In this document: piece after piece, positions 1 through 11,832 of the stretch
Position numbering within the stretch: the stretch's first letter is position 1
How the letters are laid out: each line of letters opens with the position of its first letter
Translations under genes and position numbers: made by a program
Notes under the pieces: generated by a model
What the model saw: only the letters and a program-made list of their open reading frames with translations
What the model was told of the DNA's origin: nothing
The model's database searches: none
DNA from: Selaginella moellendorffii
Lineage: Eukaryota > Plantae > Lycopodiophyta
DNA: 64,000 bases
NCBI RefSeq assembly: GCF_000143415.4
Contig: NW_003314282.1
Location: 97,700-161,699, forward strand
Direction of reading: 5' to 3'

Positions 1-2366
1 CTTTGGTCATACGCTGGAGAACAGCTTCTCGAAATGGTTGGTCACACGGCTATTGTGTATAGCGTCGCGGGTCATTTATCAGGCGATGTGGCCTCTGGCA
101 GTGATGATGGATATTGCAAAATTTGGAGAGGTGATTTTGATTTTGTGCTTTGAATTATGTGCATTGTTGACATGATGCATCCTTTAGGTGGCGTTTGCAT
201 TCAGAGCCTGGAACATCCTGGATGTGTTTGGGATTTGCAATTTTTACCCAATGGTGATCTCGTGACTGCTTGTTCTGACGGGGTTGCGAGAGTATGGACG
301 GTAGATTCCAGTCGTTATGCATCATCAGAAGAAGTTGCAGCCTTTGAAGCCTCAGTTTCTGCTCGAAAATTGCAAAAGTCAGCGTTTGCGCTATTCTTTG
401 AGGTTTCCTTACATATTGTTGTATCTTTGCAGGAAGACGGTCGGAGGTGTCAAAGTTTCGGAATTGCCCGGCCTGGAAGCACTTCAAACCCCAGGTTCTG
501 GCACCACGTCTATTCCTAGAGCGTTAATAAACATGATCTTTGAAACAGGACGTTCCGACGGCCAAAGCAAAATCGTCCGTGAAGGGGATACCGCTGTTGC
601 GTATTCGTGGAACATGAAAGAATATAACTGGGACAAGGTATTAGGCACGGGCTTTTCTTGTGCTTCCTGAATACTCTTCGCAGGTGGGAGAAGTTGTTGA
701 AGGTCCAGAAGATGCACTCGGTGCAAAGACACTAAACGGCGTTACGTATGACTACGGTAAATTTGCAGATTTTGTTTGCTTTTGGAGCGTAACTTTGACT
801 GGTTTTTAAAGTTTTTGATGTTAATATTGAGGACGGGGAGCCGACTCGCAAGCTACCATACAATAGAGGAGGTAATTTAAATACTTCTTTTGTTGCATTT
901 TAAAAAAAAGGTTTGTGCAGACAATCCATATGATACGGCAGATAGATGGCTTTTGAATGAAAACCTTCCCATGGGATACCGACAACAAATCGTTGATTTT
1001 ATCTTGAGAAACACAGGACAGCAAGCAAACAGTTTCATGCAATTAGATGACTGCTTTTACGATCCTTACACTGGAGGTAAATAATCGCTATATTCAATTG
1101 CTTGTTGATTCGAAGCATTTTAATCAGGAAATGCTTATGTGCCACGGCAAACATCACGCCCTGGTATGTGGAGGGTGTTGTTATACTCTCGCTATTGGTT
1201 TTTACGGTTTCTTTTGCAGCTTCTAAGACAGCGTCAACTTACAATCTGAAGCACATTCCAAAGGTAATAGATAACAGAAAGGATATAAGGAAATGACTGA
1301 CCTTATTCACAATGCAGACGGGAATAACACTTTTTGATACGAGAACGCAAACCGATGGAATTTTTAAAAAACTTACGGAATTCAACACTGGTTCTGTGGC
1401 TCTGTCGTTAGAAGAAATGGAAAGAATACAGGGAATGTTACAAGCTTTAAAAAGCACCTCGCATCAGTCCGTATTTGCCGATGCAGACTTCGAGATTTTG
1501 ACCAGGAAGCTATTTACGTGGCCAGTTGCAAATCTTTTCCCAGGTAACACGGTTTTTGTTTTTTTTTTTTTTTTTTTTCTTTATCGCGAACTCAAATTTG
1601 TGCAGTGCTGGACTTTCTAAGGATACTTGTCCTTGACCCGCAAGCTGCAAATTATTTCTCTCGGCAAAAAGGTATGGTCAAAAGCTCGTGGACTAGTTTA
1701 ACATATGTATTGATTCGCCAGATGTTCTTTTAAATCTGGTGAAGTCTGCCATTCAGTCTCCGGCTCCAAATGCAAACGTCTTTCTCAGTGCTCGGGCTAT
1801 GGTAAATTGCTTTCGACACGAGTGCTTCCAGAATTGGCTCCTCGATTCCAGAAGTGAAGTGAGTTTCTTTTATCTGTTTTGACGTTCTGCTACTGACGTG
1901 TGTAATTTTTGTGTTGCAATCAACAGATTATTGACATATTCTCGCAGTTTAGTACGTCACCTGTCAAGAACATCCGCAGTGGATACGCGCATCTACTGTT
2001 GAAGTATGCTTTTGGCAAATTTGATTTCGTCAATACTAATTGGCGCTGGCTGCAGCTATGCCGTTCGAGTAATTGGTGCAAACGACGAAAACGCTCAGCT
2101 TCAGGTTCTTTCTGCCGCAATGGAGGTAGTTGCTTTTGTTTTAAGTCTCTGGAATCCTGACAGAAACGACACAGATGACTGGGCCGCAAGAAGATGACGA
2201 TATTAACTTCCTCGCGCTTCAAACAATAGGATCCCTTGTGCACAGTGGTCTTGTGAAGTCCGTGGCCAAGGACCTGGACATCCAGAGTGTTGCTGGCACC
2301 GCTAAGAAGTCGAAAGTCTCTAGAATAGCAGAGATTGGAGCGGACCTTGATTACGTTCTAAAATGA
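1..2366 (+). CDS. PLAA: Phospholipase A2-activating protein / DOA1-UFD3 homolog (WD40-PFU-PUL), multi-exon, 5' end outside window
   Basis: Spliced exons read GHTAIVYSV..SGSDDG, SLEHPGCVWD...GDLVTACSDG (WD40), then YDY/VFDVNIEDGEPTRKLPYN and DNPYDTADRWLLNENLPMGYRQQIVDFI (PFU), then a helical PUL region ending IGADLDYVLK* at 2366. Short GT-AG introns. Confidence 0.9.
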
Positions 2367-2495
2367 AGTACAAGGCGGCGGATTTTTCTTTTTGTAGTAA
2401 GAGGCCAGTTATGCAAGGTATGAGCCTCGTCCGTTTTCCTTCCCTTCAATGGACTCCCGGCACTTGAAGCAGTGATAGAAGTTTCTTACACTAAC

Positions 2496-2900
2496 TCACG
2501 GGCATTTTGGTCCCCCTTTTGAGTTCTTTATGTTGTTGTAGCAGGGGCATTTCTCCTTGTTACCAGCTGTGCCTGGCGGAACGCAATTGCACTTCCGGCA
2601 GCAGATGTTGCAGAACTTTATGCAGCGGTTGTGCAAAGAGGCTTTGGAGCAACGGTAGTCACAAGCCGAAGGACAGTCTGGAGACGCAGAGCAAAACAAC
2701 CGATCAGGTTCATACTTCTACGTACAAATCAATCATTTTCTTACTGATGCTTTGTAGGAGGTGTCTTCCAGACTGTGGCGTGTCCTGGACTGTAAGCTGA
2801 TATGAAACAAGAGGGAGCAACATACCTCAAGCGTTTCTTCTCGGCTGTCAGGTACTATCAGCAGCACCATCAGAAGGATTGCTATCTTGTAGGAACTCAT
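2496..2900 (-). CDS. GASA/snakin cysteine-rich secreted peptide
   Basis: ATG at 2900 gives signal peptide [16 protein letters not shown]. Last exon has the 12-Cys GASA domain [11 protein letters not shown]...[22 protein letters not shown]...PKCP. Confidence 0.92.
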
Positions 2901-3536
2901 CTTCTTTCTTTTCTTTCTTCAGGGCGACTTGTGTGTGCAGCAGGCTTTTAAAGCAGTCCTGACCCGAGAATCACCGAGGGGATCAGAGAAAGTTCCAGAC
3001 CTGGCCTGGAGCCAGCCAGAGCTTGGATCTTATCTGACTCACGCAACCACTGTGAGCCGGACAAAGTGACAAGAGCATTACCTCAAAAGCAGGAGCCACT
3101 TTGACGGAACGTGAAGAGTTTGGTACAAAAGAAGCAAAGGCAGCTTCAACCGGGATCCTCCTGTCAACTCAATCAATCAGCTAATGACATCCAGCACACT
3201 GCCAGCCAGCTACAGAACGCGAAGAATCATTGTTCTAGCACTCGGCCCGATCGGGCACAGGATTTTCACTCGGCAGCACAAAGGTGGTGAGTAGTGTACG
3301 CCCGAGGAGATATATCGCTGTGTGATTTTCACCTTTCCTTTGCTTTTGTAGGTAGCAGCGGCCAACCCGGTGCTTCCACAACACGTACAAACATCCAAAC
3401 TTTTTTCACCGCTTCTTCACAGCTGTATCGTTTTGTTCAGGTTCACTGCTTCAAAGCTCGGCTGTGTATATATTTTGAGGGGGCTCGATCGCGGGGGGCA
3501 CTTTTGTTTCCTTTCTTCCTCCGTAGTGGATACGCG

Positions 3537-4037
3537 ATGGTCCACAAATCCGCGCTGGTGGTCCTCCTGGTATTGGTCTTGATGATGCAGCAGCATTGCC
3601 AGGTACGAATTTCTTTCCCTCGATTTTCAGGCTCAAAATGCTTTATGGACTTTCGTGTAGGGAGGCGATGTTGGTGAAAACCATCCGAGCGTTGTGAGTG
3701 TCATCTTCTGTGCTCGTTCTCCTCCGTGCTGATTTTGTTGTGCTTGATGGTTTTGATAGGCTCTCACCACCGCGAGGAGGCTCCAGAATATCAGTAAGTG
3801 GACTCTTTCTTCTTTCAGGAGAGAATCTAAATGATTGTTTGGTCGATCTTTGCAGACTGCGGTTCTGCCTGCGATTACAGGTGCTCCAAAGCTGATGCGC
3901 ACGACAGATGCATCAAATACTGCAACATTTGCTGTGGCAAGTGCAACTGCGTTCCTCCGGGAACTTACGGGAACAAGGAAACGTGCCCCTGCTACAACAA
4001 TCTCAAAAACTCCAAGGGCGGTCCGAAGTGCCCCTGA
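3537..4037 (+). CDS. GASA/snakin cysteine-rich secreted peptide
   Basis: ATG 3537 gives [17 protein letters not shown] signal peptide. Last exon [11 protein letters not shown]...[22 protein letters not shown]...PKCP. Confidence 0.92.
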
Positions 4038-4443
4038 TTTCGATCAGCCTCCAGGTCCAGGTACACAAGATCGCTCCATAAACTTTGCTCCTGCAAAGAA
4101 AGAAGAGAAACTCCATGAGGTTTGATAGGATGTATTGCAGTATTTGTGCTTGAATAATACATCAATGTTCATTGATGTGTAGACAAAAAAAGATTTGTGG
4201 AAAGATCGAAATGGTCAAACTAGTTGAGCCATGGAACTTTCAACTTTAAAGACGACTTTAATTTGCAGTTGACTAACGTAGGATCTTGCGAAGTTTCAAG
4301 TAGTTGACCATGACTCCAATGGAGAATCTTGCGAAGTTTCAAGTAGAATTACCTGGTTCTCCAATTCGGACCAAATCTCCATCGCATACAAAAACAAAGA
4401 ATCATGGGTCGACAAATCAATCGAGTCTTCCAAAGAAGAAAAA

Positions 4444-5716
4444 ATGTTGGCAGTGCACGCATCTCTGGTCGTGACACAGATTTGCTTCGCGGGTTTTGAG
4501 ATTCTGGCGAGGATAGCGCTCGTCGATGGAGTCGACCATCTCGTCTTTACGTTGTATCGCAATTTCCTGGCTTCCATTCTCCTCCTTCCCATTGCTTACT
4601 TTGTGGAGAAGAAGCAAAGGCCAGCGCTAAACTTTAAGTTCGTTCTTCTCTTCTTTGGCCTCGCTTTGCTTGGGTACGTTTGTTCTTCCCTCTTTTGTCC
4701 CTTTCAAAAAAAAACCCAAACGAAGATCTTGATTTTTCCACAGGGTGACGATCAATCAAATGTGTTATTTAATTGGACTCCAGTACACAAACACTGTCAT
4801 CGCTTCAGCACTTCGGAATTTAATCCCAGTTCTTACATTCGTGCTCGCAACAATCTTAAGGTAGCTCTCTCTCTCTCTCATGCACACACACACACACACA
4901 TATTGTCCGCTGCAAATGATTGAAGGGTCGAAGAACTGGACGTGAAAAAACTGGATGGAGTGGCCAAAATCTTGGGAACACTCCTGGGACTCGTTGGAGC
5001 AGTGCTGCTCTCTTCACACCATCCCACAGTCAGAGAAATACTTCGCCACCAATTTCTTCGAAGAAGAGGTGATCTTGAGCTCCAAACAAGTGGATGGGAG
5101 CTTGGCATTGGCTGCCTCCTCCTGGCCTTCCTCTCCTTCGCGCTCTTCCTCGTTCTCCAATCTCTCCTCCTCAAGAAATACGCCGCTCCATTCTCGATTG
5201 GAGCATTCTCGTGTTTGTTCAGCACGCTCCAGTTGGGAATCATCTCGGCCAGCTTTGGCCAGGCCTCGAAGATCTGGAGCTTCTGGACGACAAGCCATCC
5301 TCGAGTGATCCTCAGTGTTTTATATGCAGTAAGCTCTACGATCACTATGATCTTTCAAACTTATTTTCTTTCAGGGATTGATTGGATCTGGATTTGTATC
5401 CGGAGTCCAATCTTGGGGAGTTCATAAAGGAGGACCCGTGCTCGTCGCTGCTTATCAGCCACTGGAGACTGTTCTAGTCACACTTTTCTACGTTTTCTTC
5501 GGTGGACAGGCACTAGATCCTCTCAGGTGATGATCAAAACTCCAAAACGCATAGTCCAATGAATTTGTTTGCTCTTACAGTATGGGTGGAATCCTCCTTG
5601 TGTTTGCTGGGCTCTATCTTGTAGCATGGGCTCAAAGACACCAAAGGCAACGCAAGCTTTTACAGGGTCAAACGATCCGAGAACCACTTCTAGACAACGT
5701 AGTGATCCTAGAATAG
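4444..5716 (+). CDS. WAT1-related / UMAMIT (MtN21, EamA) transporter, multi-exon
   Basis: Hydrophobic exons QICFAGFEILARIAL..LVFTLYRN, AKILGTLLGLVGAVLL, LQSLLLKKYAAPFS, KGGPVLVAAYQPL, GLYLVAWA. TAG at 5714-5716. Confidence 0.88.
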
Positions 5717-6050
5717 TAGTATCTGTGATTCATGAATAACAAAAACAATTTTGCTATCTCGGCAACTCAAAATACTGCCAAGCAATTGGCACTAGGAATT
5801 CTCGGTATGGTTTTGGAGCTCCAGTAGCTCATCTGGAAGAATCAACAAGCGTTACCACATGAAGAAAAAGGTGAGAAGAAAGTCTTAAGTACCTTCTTTG
5901 GGGTCGTGAAGCTGATACGAGGATCAATCTGCCGCTTGACTAGCTTCACCTCGGTATCCACTTCATGAAAAAACCCACGGCTCTTGCAAGCTTCAATCCT
6001 TGCACAGTTTGCCCATTATCAATGTCCGAGTTGCGTACGTACTCTAGTGG

Positions 6051-7920
6051 TTAGTTAGGCGTTTTACCGGTAGCCGCTCCCACAGCCTTCTTCTTTGGGA
6101 CCGGAGCCGGAGCTGGAGCCTTGACTGAGAAAGGGATGAACTCCAACCCAGCCATGTATGGCTGCAAGGCTTTGGGAACTCGGAGCCCATCCTCGGTCTG
6201 GTAGTTCTCCAGAATGCAGCACAAGGTTCGCTGCGTTGCGGTCAGTGTGGAGTTCAGCAGGTGCACAAAATGCTTTGGTTGCTCGTTGGCCTGGAAAGAG
6301 AGAGAGAAAAAAAGCTAAGCAACATAGAAGAAACTAAGAATGTTACGCACCGTTGTCTGGCCATATCTTATGTCAAGATTTCTCGCTTGATAGTCAGTGC
6401 AGTTTGAGCAAGAGACGAGCTCTCGATAGGCCTTCGATGCTGGAAACCACGCTTCGAGGTCGTACTTCTTGGCAGCGGCATCATTCAGCGCTCCAGACAC
6501 GATGACAACTACTTGGTATGGAATGCCGAGCTGCAAACAGAAGAACAAGGATAAGTGAATAAAAACCAGCAAAACAATCAGTGTACAACCTCCTGATAGA
6601 AATCTTCCGAGTTCTTTAGCATCTCCTCGTGCATCTTCCAGGACTCGTCACCGAGAGGGCTTGTGATGCAAAACTGCTCAATCTTATCGAACTGATGCAC
6701 CCGGAAAATTCCAAGGGTGTCTCTCCCGTGCGAGCCAGCTTCTTTGCGGAAGCAAGTAGACAGCCCAGCGTACCTACATCACGCAAAGCTCTTATATGCT
6801 GCAGTTTGCTAAAACAGGTAGCTACCTGATAGGCAAGGATTTCGGATCCATCCAGTCTCCACGATGGTACGAACAAAGAGGCTGCTCCGAAGTAGCGATC
6901 AAGTACTTCTCGTCCTTTTCCGCGAGCTTGTCATCTCCTTCCCCTTCTCCAACCTGTCACGACAATATGTCAAAGAAAATAGCAGCGCTTTGAGCTTTTT
7001 TACCTTGTAAAGCTCCTCATCAAACTGTGCAAGTTGTGCACACTCCTTCATGACATCCTTCTTCATGAAATACGGAGGTTGAAGAGGGCTATATCCACGC
7101 TTGGTAAGAAACGCGAGGCCAAAGTTGATCAAAGCCTGGTTTAGCAAGACACCATGCCCTTTCAGATAGTAGCCCCTTCCACCAGCAACATCCGTTCCTG
7201 AAACCACGGATGGAAAAAAATATAAGTGGGAAGAACGAGACGTCCTATGCAAACCTTTTTTAATGTCAGCGAAACCCAGGCATTCCACCAAGTCAACATG
7301 GTTCTTCAGATTTTTCTCCTGTCGCAATTCTCCCCAGGTACGAATGACCGCATTTTTTTCCTGCAAAAGCCAAAACTTGAGCACAAGGAAAGAAGAAGCA
7401 AAAACCCTGGAAACATCACCTCGTCATTGTCCACGGGGACGGAGTCATGCACGAGATTTCCAATGAGCTTGAGCTTCCCGTCCAGAGTAGACTTGACAGA
7501 CTCGACCTCTTTCTCCTTCGACACGAGGCTGTTGTCCAGGTCGAGCTTCTTCTGCTTGAGCTCCGAAGGATCTTCTTTGTTCTACACCGTAAGCAACTTT
7601 AAGTCCCCACTCACTACAAAGGAGAAGAAAAAATAAAGAGGGAGAGACGATTTTACCCGAAACTTGAGCCCAATCTCTTTGCTGAGACGATTTCCCTCCC
7701 TTCGCAGGCCCTCCACCTCGTGTTGGACTAGACAAATTCACCGAAAACACGCTGAAAACAAGAAAAGAGAGCCGAGAAATCACTTACGCTTGCGCCATTC
7801 CTTGTCGATCTGGATCACCTCATCGACCAGCTCCACGGATGCGTAGCGGCGGCGCTGAGACTCGCGGACGCGCTCCGGATCGCCGCCCTTCTCCTGCCGC
7901 ACAAGATTGATGTCGAGCAT
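6051..7920 (-). CDS. SARS: Cytosolic seryl-tRNA synthetase, multi-exon
   Basis: [26 protein letters not shown]-terminus, [70 protein letters not shown]. Confidence 0.97.
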
Positions 7921-7935
7921 CTCGGATTCTAGGGA

Positions 7936-7943
7936 TAGGGTTT
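7936..7943 (-). promoter_or_regulatory. Telo-box (AAACCCTA) just upstream of the SerRS ATG
   Basis: TAGGGTTT on + strand 15 bp upstream of the start codon. Telo-boxes are typical of plant translation-machinery genes. Confidence 0.55.
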
Positions 7944-8006
7944 TAGCGAAGCGTTTTATGGTAAGTGTAAATGCGATTGGTTAAATTTAAACGCGTTTAA
8001 CACAAT

Positions 8007-9266
8007 TTATTCTTCTTCGCTTTCATCTTCTTCGCGATCTTCATCTTCTTCTTCTTCATCGCTTTCTTTTTCTTCGCTTTCATCGCTTTCTTCCTGACTT
8101 CCTCCGCGAATCGTGACAAGGATGGCAGCAGCGCAGTAGAAGCTCTCGGTGCTGGGCTCATTCCCATAGCTCGCACACGCGCCACCGAGATTCCAATCAA
8201 AGCTTCCACGGCACCACACGATCTTCCATTCTTCCACCAAACGTCTGTCGAGGAACTCACTGAGATCAAACGATTCTTTGTCCTGTGATTCGTAGCAGTC
8301 GTCCGAAACAACAAACTTCCCAAGCATGCTCTCATGCCCAATGAAGCGATTGTCCCCAAACTTTTCCCTCGACCACACCGAGCACACCCGAGCTTCCAAT
8401 CCAGCCGCCACTGCCGCGTGATAGACAAACGCGTCGCTGCCCTTGAGAGCCTCTGGAATGCTCACTTCACTGCCCTGAGCGTAGAGATGCTCGCAAGGAA
8501 ATCCCAGTGTCATGTTCTTCCCGGATGCCTTCGCCTCCACAAAGAGCTTGTAGAGCTCCGACCGTGAAAAGTCCGTCTTTCCAGCCACTGTGCTGGATTC
8601 CTCCACAAAGAGGTTGTAAGTGAGCGTCAATCGATGCCCCGACGTTACCTCGAGCACCTCGTGCTCGCAATCCGAGAAGAAAGCCGCCCAGCCTATCCGG
8701 TCATCGCTGTTCTCTCCTCCAAAGCTAAAGCTCTGCGATTTCTTGCCATGCCGGACCACCAAGTCTCCGCCGGAGTGAGCGCAAGGCAGCGAGACGACGA
8801 GCGAAGCTAGCATGTTTCCAGCCTGGGGAGTGTCTACGTGAGCCTTGAAGAAATCTCCCTGCGCGTAGACGTTGAGCTTGTAGAGCTTGGGAATCACTCT
8901 TTGATTGCTCGGGAAGAGCAGCGTTTTGATCTCGTCTAGAATTCCATACCCGGAGAGATCGAAGTTGGTCGTAAAATCACCGGGCTCCAGCTTGAGCGCC
9001 TTCCTGTAGCTCGGATCCATGACCCTCTCGCCACCGATTCCAAAACTCGCCTCGCTACACGCCGCCGCTAGGGCCTGGATCCCGTCGGGCAATGCGATGC
9101 TCTGCCACGAATCTTGCTGCCTGTAACAGATTCTAACCGGAAATTCTGGCGCCAGCGATCCACCGCAGCAAAAGGGACTGGAGATCTTCCTCGCAGCGGC
9201 CGCGAGCATCCACTTATCAACCATGGCGCCAAGAAACCCTAAACCCTTAATGTCAAATCTTCTCAT
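8007..9266 (-). CDS. 2OG-Fe(II) oxygenase superfamily protein (prolyl-hydroxylase-like), intronless, acidic tail; true start may be MVDKW at ~9224
   Basis: KLNVY..GDFFKAHVDTP (HxD), CEHEV (distal His), GHRLTLTYNL (2OG-binding Arg). Glu/Asp-rich C-terminus. Confidence 0.85.
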   Translation of the reverse strand: MRRFDIKGLGFLGAMVDKWMLAAAARKISSPFCCGGSLAPEFPVRICYRQQDSWQSIALPDGIQALAAACSEASFGIGGERVMDPSYRKALKLEPGDFTTNFDLSGYGILDEIKTLLFPSNQRVIPKLYKLNVYAQGDFFKAHVDTPQAGNMLASLVVSLPCAHSGGDLVVRHGKKSQSFSFGGENSDDRIGWAAFFSDCEHEVLEVTSGHRLTLTYNLFVEESSTVAGKTDFSRSELYKLFVEAKASGKNMTLGFPCEHLYAQGSEVSIPEALKGSDAFVYHAAVAAGLEARVCSVWSREKFGDNRFIGHESMLGKFVVSDDCYESQDKESFDLSEFLDRRLVEEWKIVWCRGSFDWNLGGACASYGNEPSTESFYCAAAILVTIRGGSQEESDESEEKESDEEEEDEDREEDESEEE

Positions 9267-9402
9267 GTAAGCTTGATCGTGGCCGTTGATCCAGTGCCCA
9301 TTTGGACCGTCGATTACATTTAAAGCAGTTTTGGCGCTAAGATCAAGTCGAGCAATTGCAAAGATTCACAAAAAGAATTGGAACTTGAATCAAGCATGAT
9401 CG

Positions 9403-10593
9403 TCAGTTTGGGTCTTCGTTTGCATCATCTTCCATTGTATCATTGTTTGTATTTGGATCATCTTCGTTTTCGTCTGCGTCATCTTCGTTTGGTTCATCTT
9501 CTCTGTCGTCTACACTGACCAGAATCGCGGCTGCACAGTAAAACGACTCAGTGCCTGGTTCATTCCCATAGCTCGCGCACGCGCCACCGACATTCCACTC
9601 GAAATTCTCGCGGCACCACACAACATCGCCCACATCTTCCTCCATTTCCTCGTGTAGCAACTTGCCAATCTCAGCTATTTCAACTTCCTCCCTGTAGAAA
9701 GCATACCCGGACACTAGAAATCTTCCAAGCACGTCTTCGTCACCAATGAACTTTGGATGATCGAAGTCGGGGTTCCTCCTCGAGGCGCGAAAGCCATCTT
9801 CTCTCGACCACACCGAGCACACCGAGGCGTTTAACCCAGCTGCCACTGCTGTGTGATAGACAAAAGCATCGTCACCTTTGAGGCCATTCCCTTGGGCGTA
9901 GAGATGCTTGCAAGGAAATCCCAGTGTCATCTTCTGTCCGGACTCCTTTGCCTCGACAAAGAGCTTGTAGAGCTGCGTGCCTGAAAAATCCGTCTTTGGA
10001 GTGGTAGAGTTCTCGACAAACAGGTTGTAAGTGAGTGTCAATCGATGCCCCGACGTTACCTCCATCACCTCGTGCTCACAGTCCGAGAAGAAAGCCGCCC
10101 AGCCTATCCGGCCATTGCCATTCTCTCCTCCAAAGCTAAAGCTATGGAATTTCTTGCCATGCCGGACCACCAAATCTCCGCCAGAGTGAGCGCAGGGCAG
10201 CGAGACGACGAGCGAAGCTAGCATGTTTCCACTTTGGGGAGTGTCTACGTGAGGCTTGAAGAAATCTCCCTGTGCATAGACGTTGAGCTTGTAGAGCTTG
10301 GCAATCACTGTCTGCTTGGTCGGAAAGAGCAGCGTTTTGATCTCGTCTAGAATTCCATACCCGGAGAGATCGAAGCTGGTTGTGAAATCGCCAGGCTCCA
10401 GCTTGAGCGCCTTTCTGTAGCTCGGATCCATGACCCTCTCACCCCCGATTCCAAAACTCGCCTCGCTACATGCCGCTGCTAGATCCTGGATGCCATCGCC
10501 TGGCGGCAGCGCGATACTCCGCCATAAATCCCCTCCCGATCCATCTTGAGACTGCTGCCTGTAGCAAATCGTGATCGGGGCTTCCGGTGGCAT
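9403..10593 (-). CDS. 2OG-Fe(II) oxygenase superfamily protein, tandem paralog
   Basis: Same HVDTP / CEHEV / HRLTLTYNL motifs. Near-identical core to 8007-9266, with an acidic tail. Confidence 0.83.
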   Translation of the reverse strand: MPPEAPITICYRQQSQDGSGGDLWRSIALPPGDGIQDLAAACSEASFGIGGERVMDPSYRKALKLEPGDFTTSFDLSGYGILDEIKTLLFPTKQTVIAKLYKLNVYAQGDFFKPHVDTPQSGNMLASLVVSLPCAHSGGDLVVRHGKKFHSFSFGGENGNGRIGWAAFFSDCEHEVMEVTSGHRLTLTYNLFVENSTTPKTDFSGTQLYKLFVEAKESGQKMTLGFPCKHLYAQGNGLKGDDAFVYHTAVAAGLNASVCSVWSREDGFRASRRNPDFDHPKFIGDEDVLGRFLVSGYAFYREEVEIAEIGKLLHEEMEEDVGDVVWCRENFEWNVGGACASYGNEPGTESFYCAAAILVSVDDREDEPNEDDADENEDDPNTNNDTMEDDANEDPN

Positions 10594-10656
10594 CGATCCC
10601 TCACAGCAAAAGGGACCATCGCCAACAGCGCTCGCGAGCTCCAGTGTCCTCGATCA

Positions 10657-11832
10657 ATGCGTGGCACGGCTGGCGCCGAGGCGCTGGGCCCGGTGGCAGA
10701 TCGGCTGCCTGTGTGGGATCTCTTCCAGTGCGTGGCGGTCTCCAAATCCTGGCGCGACGCGATCGTCCCCAAGATGAAGCGCGAGCGCTGGTTTTTGGTG
10801 GTAGGGGAGGGAAGGGCCGTGTGGGCGTGCTTTCCCCGGCTGGGATCCTGGCACAGGTTCAAACTGCCCGCGAATTTTCTGACGCGGAGGTATGTGGTGG
10901 ATTACTCGCAGGGGCTCGTGTGCATGGGAACCAGCAGCAAGCTCGATCTCGTGGTATGGAATCCAGCGACCGGATGGAATCGGAGCATTCCCAGGTCGCC
11001 CAGCAAACCTTGCAGGGCCTCGATCATCTCCATGCTCGTGGACGAAAGTACCAACGAGCTCCTCAAGATCGTCATTATCAGCCCAAGGATCACAAAGCCC
11101 CTTGGAGACTATGAACGAATCAAAGACAGAGGGGGCTACTTGGTGGAGATTTTCGATGCCACCTCCAACGAGTGGAGTACCAGTACCAGCACTGGAGTAG
11201 ACACCATGTTGAAGTCCCGGGGATCTTGGAGGAGGAGACCCGTTTTGGCGAAACCAATACCACAGCTCAAGGCACAGAAGAACGGGGTGATATACTTTGT
11301 GGAAAAAATCGGCAACAATGACGCCCGGTTGATGAGCCTGGACGTGGAGGCCAATGCTTGGAAGGAGGTTCCACTTCCAAAGAGAAAGGAGTCCGATTAT
11401 CGCGGTGAGAGGGAGATCGAGATGGATTATTCATTCTATGACTTTCGGGCCCTTGCGTGTGTTGGAAAAAGAATCATGCTTCTTGTGGGTGATGGACTCT
11501 ATCAGCTGGAGGAGATGAGTGGGAAATGGGAGCTTGTGTTGGATGATGCCTATGATGTGACTGCTTGTGCCGGGTGTGGGAATTTGCTTCTAGCCAAGGG
11601 AAACCACCGCACACTACGATCTGGATCGAGAAAAGTAGAACGAGAAGAAGAAGAAGAAGAAGAAGAATTAAGTGGGGATGATGGACTGTTTCGGTATGAT
11701 GTGGAGGACAAGAGGGCGTTTGGTATCAATCTGGACGAGGATCTTGCCAAATCCTTTGGATATGATGGGTGGGATCACACTGAATGTTTGTTTTGGGGGC
11801 ATTTTGCTGCGTTACAAGGCCTGCATGTTTAG
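10657..11832 (+). CDS. F-box protein with kelch/FBA-like beta-propeller C-terminus, intronless
   Basis: First ATG in the ORF at 10657. F-box-like LGPVADRLPVWDLFQCVAVSKSWRDAI, then SQGLVCM..LVVWNPATG and VEIFDATSNEW. Confidence 0.8.
   Translation: MRGTAGAEALGPVADRLPVWDLFQCVAVSKSWRDAIVPKMKRERWFLVVGEGRAVWACFPRLGSWHRFKLPANFLTRRYVVDYSQGLVCMGTSSKLDLVVWNPATGWNRSIPRSPSKPCRASIISMLVDESTNELLKIVIISPRITKPLGDYERIKDRGGYLVEIFDATSNEWSTSTSTGVDTMLKSRGSWRRRPVLAKPIPQLKAQKNGVIYFVEKIGNNDARLMSLDVEANAWKEVPLPKRKESDYRGEREIEMDYSFYDFRALACVGKRIMLLVGDGLYQLEEMSGKWELVLDDAYDVTACAGCGNLLLAKGNHRTLRSGSRKVEREEEEEEEELSGDDGLFRYDVEDKRAFGINLDEDLAKSFGYDGWDHTECLFWGHFAALQGLHV

Noticed and set aside
7997-8428. Lys-rich 143-aa ORF
   Set aside because: Alternative frame of the oxygenase's GAA-rich acidic tail.
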